64,000 nucleotides of DNA, from positions 45,198,001 through 45,262,000 of the forward strand of contig OZ024745.1 of NCBI GenBank assembly GCA_964016885.1, given 5' to 3'. Numbering within the stretch: position 1 is the stretch's first letter; the number at the start of each line of letters is the position of its first letter. Of this stretch, positions 55,131 to 64,000 are shown piece after piece. The position numbers and the translations under genes are program-made. Below the pieces are notes generated by a model, which made no database searches, was not told the DNA's origin, and worked only from the letters and a program-made list of their open reading frames with translations. This DNA is from Eledone cirrhosa (lineage: Eukaryota).

Positions 55131-57675
55131 TGTGTGTGTTTGGTTCCTAGATAGCGTCGGATTGGAATCAATTTGTTCGCGTTTATGATAATTGCCTGAT
55201 CATTGACAACTTTACTTTCGAAAGTATAACAATGTTTTTTAGGATTACTCAGGGTAAACTTTAAGATACATCTTTCTCATTATTATTCTACATTTTATAA
55301 CTAGATATTGGTGTCGCATCTTGATTCTATATATCAGGGGATCAATCTAAAGTAGTATGAAAGAAATGAAAAAATAATAGCTGATATTTTATGTATATGA
55401 TATTAATTGGTATGCACTTTTAAACAATACAATTAGAAATAAAATATGCATAATATCTATGCTATTACTTCGGAGAACTCATATTTGATTATACATCGAA
55501 TGAAACCATGATAGATTGCTGTGATATAAAGTTAGGATCTATTTGTGTTAATGTTGGTTCTAATTGAATGTTCTTGTATATTTTTATTTCATTACTAATA
55601 AAATATTTGCTTATCAGTTTTTGCTTGATCCATCTATGCTCCATTTTACACATGATATTATATTCTTTCGATTTATTTCCTAAATCTTATTCTTAAGGAG
55701 TGCTATTAACCTCTCATTACACTTCTGGTTTCTTACATCTGCTTTATTTCATTTACTAACACAATAATCTTATATACAACCCTCTTACACACAGACATGT
55801 TCGCATACATAAATCACAAAAAACACGCGCACAGACACATATGTATACATTAACTAAAGTATATTCTATCATTTTAGACTTTTATACAAGGAAATACTTT
55901 ACTGTTGATGGGCCTGGTCTATACTTTATCTATTAAAAGCGTACATCGTAAGATATTAAAGAGGAGTTTGTATGGTTTGTAGAGAATGCAAATTTGGTTA
56001 TAAAAACAGCTTACGTTTGGATTATTTCCAAGATTTATAGGTAAGCTAAGTATTTGCCCCAAATGCTTGAATGAGACATATCTGGAGATTTTGGTAGAAC
56101 CAGAATGAATGAAAGATGTAAACAAAACATGGTTTAGAAAAAAGGAAGGATCATAAAAATAAAAGTTTACGAATTTCTGCAATAACCTTTACGGAGTAAA
56201 AAATAAGATAAAAAGCCAAATATACGGGAATTGTAATTTTCGAATTGGCTTTAAAAGAAAAAAAATTCTTGTAATGTATCGTCTAGTGGTTGTAGATTCG
56301 ATTCCTGATCAGAGTACCACGCTGTGTTCATGAGAAAAGCACCTTTTTTCATGTTACTCTAATAAACTCGGCTTAAATGATTAAACCCTGCGATTGAACG
56401 GCGTTCTGTCCAGGGAAATGTCTTGTACTCTCAGTCACTTAATGCCTAGGAAACCGGGTTAATCACCATTTTAAAGATTTTATCCAGAGCCAGAATCATT
56501 ATCAATATTCTTGCTATTATAGCTCACAGCTTAAATATTTATCTAAAACCACGTCAATGGATGCTCATTTGGCCTCCTTAATCGAAAATGTTGTCTTTTA
56601 AAATGCATTAATGTATTGCAGGTCGTTTGGCAGTTTTCATATTAACGATATGTATAAGCATATCCCAAGAAATTGTTACTTTATCTTTTGGGGATACTCT
56701 CTGAGGTTTATAACACTAAAATGTATTAGAAACCAATAACTATTAATTATTATAGATTTTTTCCAGTGTATATATCCTGTTGAGCGCGAGTAGATTTTTA
56801 CTGCTAGCTAAATACCTATTTATGTATAATGACATAGTTCATTTTAATCCCAAAGAAATAGATCGATAAACTATCTTATTCTTATACAAGGTGTTCTGAG
56901 AAAACTTTACGAACTTAGTCGAAGGGCTGTATCAGCTAAAATGTAGCCTTTAGCTTAGTTGGTGGTTAGCTCCGCCTTTTATCGACTGAATATTATCTTA
57001 GGCTCAGAATTGCGAAGGTCTTTGAGTGAATCAATAACAGACAAGTTTACTGTTTGAGACGTACAAAGAAATATTAGCCTAGTTTCTTTTTGTTGTGATT
57101 GTACCATAATTATCAACAGAACAGAATGGAACCATTTTCTATTTCATTAGCAATAGGCTGTCACATTACTGATCGAGATTTTCATTTGCTTTCAACTAAT
57201 TTCATAAAATGAGATAAAATGAGTTTTTACTCAACGATTGCAGCTATGTTGATTTGTTGTTATTTTCTACATTGGTATATTCCATTTTGTTTCCACGAAC
57301 GTGAAATATTGATTTCTTTGTTTGATCACTGCACCAACATTTTGTATGGTTATAGTAGATTTCGTTGTTTAATACATTATTGATACTAATCTCATTCAGT
57401 ATTCTGTTGTTAGTGATAATCTTCCAGAGTGTTGATATTAGGAGGCTTTCGGAGATTTTTTACTTAAACTCAATAAAGCTCATTGTCAGTAAAACTTTAT
57501 AATCTTCAGAATTCTCTATAATGCGCGTCAATGCGAAAAATATTTACAGACATTTTTATACCCTTTTTATACCAAACAGCTATATACCAGCTATATTTAT
57601 CGAAATATCATCTATTACAAAGAACTTTTGGTAAGCTAGTTATATTACTAAATATATTTATTTGTTACACAATTG

Positions 57676-57732
57676 CTGTTATACGTATTTTGATGTTTAT
57701 TGATATGAAACAGTTACGACCTCATCAGGCAG
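57676..57732 (-). ncRNA. Decayed hammerhead
   Basis: ctgc CTGATGA .. cAAAA t acgt a TA acag. GAAA appears mutated to AAAA; palindromic ACGT loop. Confidence 0.45.
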
Positions 57733-58087
57733 TTATTACGTAAACAGAAAGTTACATGAATAAACATTACATGAATATAATGACACGAACAAAAATAAAA
57801 ATAAAATTATTCATGCAGTTTCGATTCAATGATATGCCATGGGAGGGTTATTGGTGTTATTCCTCCAAAGTTCTGCTGACATCTGAATTAGTACAAACAA
57901 CCCCACAGCATCATCACTACGAGCGTAAACGACACCTAGCTATTGGTGGAAGTTAGTTTCCAATTCTAAACCATTCTAGTTTTCCCGAATCTCTTAGTAG
58001 CGCCAAGGTCTGAGATCATCTACTCACTTTCGTATCAGGTCATTTGTAAATTCGTACATACTTAGCCACATTGAAAGATATCTATTA

Positions 58088-58119
<32 letters not shown>

Positions 58120-58123
<4 letters not shown>

Positions 58124-58256
58124 ATAATAATAAATTTGAGGGCTCGATAAGGATAAATATATATCAAATATATAAGAACCCTAGAGCAAATATTTATTAA
58201 AATAACAGATTAAAGTTTAAGCAAATAATCGCTGCTTTCACCCTTAACGGGATCTT

Positions 58257-58258
<2 letters not shown>
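58120..58258 (-). mobile_element. PLE-B terminal repeat fragment between (TA)n tracts
   Basis: Overlaps 61342-61410 and extends to the terminus seen at 34990-35083. Confidence 0.8.
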
Positions 58259-58950
<692 letters not shown>

Positions 58951-59104
58951 AAATCAATTTAAACGTTTAAATGTTCATACACCCACATTGAAAGGCAGCG
59001 AATTGGCAGAGTCGTTAGAGCGTCTGATAGAATGCTTTGTGCTATTCATTTCGGCTATCTGCTCTCCGAGTTCAAATGCCTTTCATTATTTCGAGGTCGA
59101 TAAA

Positions 59105-59345
59105 AATATTACCAGTCTAATACGAAGGTCCTCCACTCTTGTCTGTCCTGGGCCAGCTTCTGGATTCTACCCCATTTGTGTTGTCAGGTCTTCGTCTCTC
59201 TCTCAGTTGTTCTGCGCCAGGTGTTCTTTGGCCTTCTTCGTTTTTGCTTCCAGTGAAGGGTTGTTCGTGGGATGCTATCTTGCTCTCTTCTGAGAACATG
59301 CCTTATCCACTTCCATCTTCTTCTGAGAAGGATTGCTGACATATT
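59105..59345 (-). pseudogene. RTE C-terminal fragment
   Basis: RRRWKWIRHVLRRE..TLHW..RRRPKNTWRRT. Confidence 0.7.
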
Positions 59346-59637
59346 TTCTTGTTGGCATATACCTATGAATTCCCCATTGGAGATCTTTTTTATGTATGTG
59401 TGTGAATAGGAATACATCTCTCTCCGTCTCTCCCCAAATCGCTTTCTCTTTTTTCGATATACATATATGTATATAATGTATATATAAATACACACACACA
59501 TATATATATATATATGGAATTAGTCTGCCTATAGGCCCACAGAATTGTTCATTTAAATAGTCTGTTTCTGGTCTTTAAGTTTGAATGTCTTTGTGTATAT
59601 GTATATATTGTGTCTTTGTATATATATATATATATAT

Positions 59638-61403
59638 AGTAATAATAATAAATTTGAAGACTAAAATCCAAAGAGGGCTCGATAAGGCTAAATATATATC
59701 CCGTCGCATTTGTTGGTATAACCCACCATATAATATGGAGGTGGCCACACCATTAGCTAAGATCTTTCTTTCCCTTATTACGAAGCATTTTCCCCCTACA
59801 CATAAATATAGTAAAATTTTTAATAGAAATACTATTACAATTTCTTACTCTACGACTCCTAACCTTGCACATAACATCACAGCTTCAAATTTAGCTAAAC
59901 TACCTAGCCGTAGGAACACGTGCAACCCTGTAGTTAGAACTAACTGTAATTGTAGGAATCAGGTTGATTGCCCCCTATCCGGGAAATGCCTCTAAAGCAA
60001 CATTATCTACAAATGTAAGGTTGAAACACCCACGTCCCGTAGGGCCTACATAGGGTTAACCGCCAATAGATTCAAGCAGCGTCTTTACATGCATACCCAT
60101 TCTTTTCGTTACCCTCTTAGAAGGAATATGACGTCACTTTCAGCTTATATCTGAAGTCTAAAAGACAAACACACCCAATATAAGTTACACTGGGAGATCC
60201 TAGCTAGGGCTAGATCGTATAACGGAAATAAAAGACCATGTGACCTCTGCGCCGCTGAGGCCCTGGAAATACTCTACGCCACAGACCACATCTTAAACAA
60301 AGAATCTGAGGAAATTTCTGCTTGTAAACATAAATTGCACAAAAACTTTCCTGTATTACAGCTCCCCGTTATACCCTAACGGATAGTACGATCTATACGT
60401 GGATATTTTACGTCTTGATGTGGTAGCTAAGTATATGTTTTTGTTTATACCATTACTTATTTGCATAGGTAAGTATTTATTACCTGTATGTTTTGTAAAG
60501 GTACGTATACCTTCTCGTACGTATATTTGATTGTATATGTTATGGCGTATAATTTTATATTTCTGGTACATATGGTTTGGTTATGTGTATACGGGAGTTT
60601 TTGCGTCTGTGTGAGTATGCAGGTTTCGTACGTATGTAGGGTGTGTGTATATGTGTACTTCATGTTTTGGTTGACTTACGTCTCCGAACATTTGTGTATT
60701 TACATGTAGGTATGTGTGTGCGCTTGTTATATACGTATTTATTTATTTATATACGTTTATTTAATTATTTTATTTATTTGTATACACGCATACACACACA
60801 CATATTTATATGTGCGTGGGTTTTGTATACCTATGGTAAGTGTTTTTCGCGTATGCTTGTGTATGTACGTATTTGTATGTGTGTATGTATTTATTTAATT
60901 TCTATTACCTCTGTATTGTATTTATTTACTTTGTTCTTAACTCTGAAGCGGCGATTCATTCGGTCTCCTAGTTAGAATTTTAGTCTACGACTTCAGCTAT
61001 ACCATTTTACGTGGTTTTTGTCTTTTGCGTGCAATTGTTCTCCACGCTCCACATATGATGTATTAACTTTCGTTTTTTTTCGTTCATTGCCAGAGAACGT
61101 CTCTATGAACCACCTAAGGGAACATTAGTCTACGACCTCTTTTATACCATAAACGTGGTTTCTGTCTTTGCGCGTAATTGTTTTTTCACCGCTCCTATTA
61201 TGACGTATTATATTCATTTTTTCCCGTTCTTTGCCAGGGAACGTTTCCACGAACCAAAGTATCGTCTTCCTGTCTTCCTCCGGTTGCAACGTTTTTTTGA
61301 AATATCCACTTCTGCGTTTACAGATTGACTTTGTTAGTTTCAGAAGATCCCGTTAAGGGTGAAAAGCAGCGATTCTTTGCTTAAACTTTAATCTGTTATT
61401 TTA

Positions 61404-61410
<7 letters not shown>
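59638..61410 (+). mobile_element. Penelope-like element B (probably Naiad-like), 5'-truncated, with an inverted 3' tip at 59638-59700
   Basis: WYNPPY..KHFP..KIFNRNT..CNC..CPLSGKCL, IIYKC..AYIGLT..FKQR, CDLC..E..LNKESE..CKH. Stops TAA 59993 and TGA 60152. Duplication of about 140 bp in the 3' region (60980 / 61125). Confidence 0.88.
61336..61387 (+). ncRNA. Hammerhead-like fold with CAGAAGA core variant
   Basis: agttt CAGAAGA tcccgttaagggt GAAA agca..tgct t aaact. Confidence 0.55.
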
Positions 61411-61443
<33 letters not shown>

Positions 61444-61685
61444 ATATATATATATATATATATTAGAAAGTGAGGTTTTTTTTTTACAAATTGAAAAAAT
61501 AACCGAGGTGTCCTACACGAGTGAAAGTATAAAGAAAAAAGAGATGAAATCGAAAATGCAACTGGGAGTCTTATTTAAAAAAAAAAATATATATATTTAT
61601 TTGGTTCCTTTACCGGTTTCGCAGTTCTTCTGCTTTTCAAAAGGTGAGTTGAGATGGAGGGTCTGTGGTTTTTTCTCACACACAC

Positions 61686-61807
<122 letters not shown>

Positions 61808-61872
61808 CATACGTACACATACATACGTATACATACATACATACATACATACGTACATACACACGTACATAT

Positions 61873-62813
61873 ATTGTGGCTGCCAACTCGTTTTCGAGTA
61901 CGGCCACTACTTTATATCCATGTAGGAGAACCCCTACCGATGCGCTGAACAAGTGTGACTTTTTAGTCCAGCCAGCGACTTGAAAATTCTGGTACAAACA
62001 CTACACTTGTGACAATTATTGACACATAGTGCTGGGCCCATGGTACCATGTGACGACAAGTGCAGAGAGATCTCCAGATATAAAGCAATGCCTGTGCCGT
62101 GAAGCTTTTATAGTGAGCAAAGGCACTGCACAAAGCCAGTCCCACTCTCTTAACCAAGATGATATTTACATATATGGTGGCTGCCAACTCGTTTTCGAGT
62201 ACGGCCACTACTTTACATCCATGTAGGATAACCCCTACCGAAGCGCTGAACGAGTGTGACTTTTTAGTCCAGCCAGCGACTTGAAACCTCTGGTACAAAC
62301 ACTACACCTGTGACAATTATTGACACATATTGCTGGGCCCATGGTAGGACAATTATTGACACATAGTGCTGGGCCCATGTGAGGACAAGTGCAGAGAGAT
62401 CTCCAGATATAAAGCAATGCCTGTGCCGTGAAGCTTTTATAGTGAGCAAAGGCACTGCACAAAGCCAGTCCCACTCTCTTAACCAAAATGATATTTACCA
62501 AAAAGAAGAACAAGTCAACATCATTGGATTACCATCAGGGTTGCAGGTGTTATATCAGAGTTTTCCTTCTTCTAGAATTCTGCCTTGACAAAGGCTAAGG
62601 GGTCATCTCTCCCGGTGATTTTGGATGGCCATTGACTCTTAAGAGCTCCTTTGCCCTTTGACAGGTTTTGTTTTTAGTCCTGCAGGATGTCCAAAGTCAC
62701 CCTCCTCACCAAGAAACCTTGGTGGGGTTGCCAGTTTAGTCGCCAACGACCCGACCATGAAACAGGTTGTACTGGGATACATGTTACCAGTAGCACCGAC
62801 TGGTGACCTGACA
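61873..62813 (-). mobile_element. Two RTE-derived short retroposons (61873-62165 truncated; 62174-62813 full)
   Basis: Reverse complement of 46960-47569, with a small internal duplication near 62310-62380. Confidence 0.9.
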
Positions 62814-62865
62814 TAAATTTACATATATACATACATATATACATACATATATGCATATATATATA

Positions 62866-62899
<34 letters not shown>

Positions 62900-62906
<7 letters not shown>

Positions 62907-63460
62907 AAGTAAAATAAAAAGTCAAATGTTTAAAATTTAGCTTCGTTTATTACTGCTATATATATTTCGGTGACAGCCATCTTTGGCTGTGACCTCTTCA
63001 GGCAGTCCGAATTAGTGTGGTATAGACAAGTACATATGTTGTTGAGGTGTATAATTTTGTCAATACTCTGATATGCCCAGTTCCTGGTTGGGTTGTTATT
63101 TCACTGAGGTACTGAAATCATATCTTAGGAACTGGAATCATATGATTCCAGTACCTCAGTGAAATAACAACCCAACCAGGAACTGGGCATATCAGAGTAT
63201 TGACAAAATTATACGCCTCAACAACATATGTACTTGTCTATACCACACTAATTCGGACTGCCTGAAGAGGTCACAGCCAAAGATGGCTGTCACCGAAATA
63301 TATATAGCAGTAATAAACGAAGCTAAATTTTAAACATTTGACTTTTTATTTTACTTTATTTTACATTACTCCGGAGTAACCAAACCAACCTGCGCACTTC
63401 GTCGAGTGCTCCAGCCTGCATACTGAGGTGTTGGTATACAACCAACATACACTCAAAATC
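62900..63460. mobile_element. Family F palindrome (arms about 225 bp) with paired hammerheads
   Basis: Arms 62900-63123 and 63140-63362 are almost identical. The right arm continues to about 63460. Confidence 0.9.
63257..63311 (+). ncRNA. Minimal type-I hammerhead ribozyme (mirror copy 62952-63006, minus)
   Basis: actgc CTGAAGA ggtcacagcc aaagat ggctgtcacc GAAA t atat a TA gcagt. Confidence 0.88.
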
Positions 63461-63487
63461 TCCCTCTCTCTCTCTCTATATATATAT

Positions 63488-63548
<61 letters not shown>

Positions 63549-64000
63549 CACTCATGCATACAAACAGAATGCACGCGTATGCGTGATTTTTGTAGAAAAT
63601 ACACTTTCTTTATACTGTTTTTAATAGCATTAGCAACCATAATGACGGTTGCAACAGCAATAAAGTACAGACATTTAGACATTTGACATTTCAGAGATGA
63701 TTTACACCACATGGTTATCCTTGTAAATTACTACATTATTTTGAAAGAAAATAATGTTAATAAAAATTATCATAATTCCCCTCCTAATCATCATCACCAT
63801 CTCCATTACCACGGCGACTATAGCGATGGCCACCCTCTTCATCACTACCAGCACCATGTTCTTCGCTGTCGAGTTCGTTGTCGTTGTCATCATCATCATC
63901 ATCATTGATATATAATGCTGTTTTTTTTTTTTAATGTCATACAAGCTTTAAATGCTATACCAGATACACTTCTGTGCTCTTCAGGCATGTGCAGTATTTT

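Noticed and set aside
60152-60154. In-frame TGA in the PLE-B GIY-YIG as possible selenocysteine (reported for some Naiad PLEs)
   Set aside because: It falls where Trp is expected (YIW), an upstream TAA also breaks the frame, and no SECIS was recognised.

Overview
AT-rich, microsatellite-saturated eukaryotic DNA. The SINE repertoire and the (TA)n/(CA)n/(TATG)n density suggest a cephalopod, probably Octopus (inference). Almost all long ORFs in the supplied track are translated microsatellites. One probable host feature is visible: a signal-peptide-encoding first coding exon (6882-6987, +) ending in a phase-1 GT donor, so most of the window is probably one very large intron. The rest is retroelement debris: two Penelope-like element (PLE) families with GIY-YIG coding sequence (one also keeps part of the RT), an R4/Dong-like LINE, a (CATA)n-embedded RLE LINE, RTE fragments and RTE-derived short elements chained through (TATG)n, many tRNA-derived SINEs, and piggyBac-, hAT- and Tc1-type MITEs. 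The most striking signal is about 20 minimal type-I hammerhead-ribozyme (HHR) folds in several sequence-distinct PLE terminal-repeat families. Most sit in short bipartite inverted insertions within (TA)n tracts. One arm reaches the apparent true 3' end, and the opposite arm stops at a family-specific internal AT-rich site, a pattern resembling twin priming by TA microsatellites. All folds and alignments were done by eye; element boundaries are approximate.
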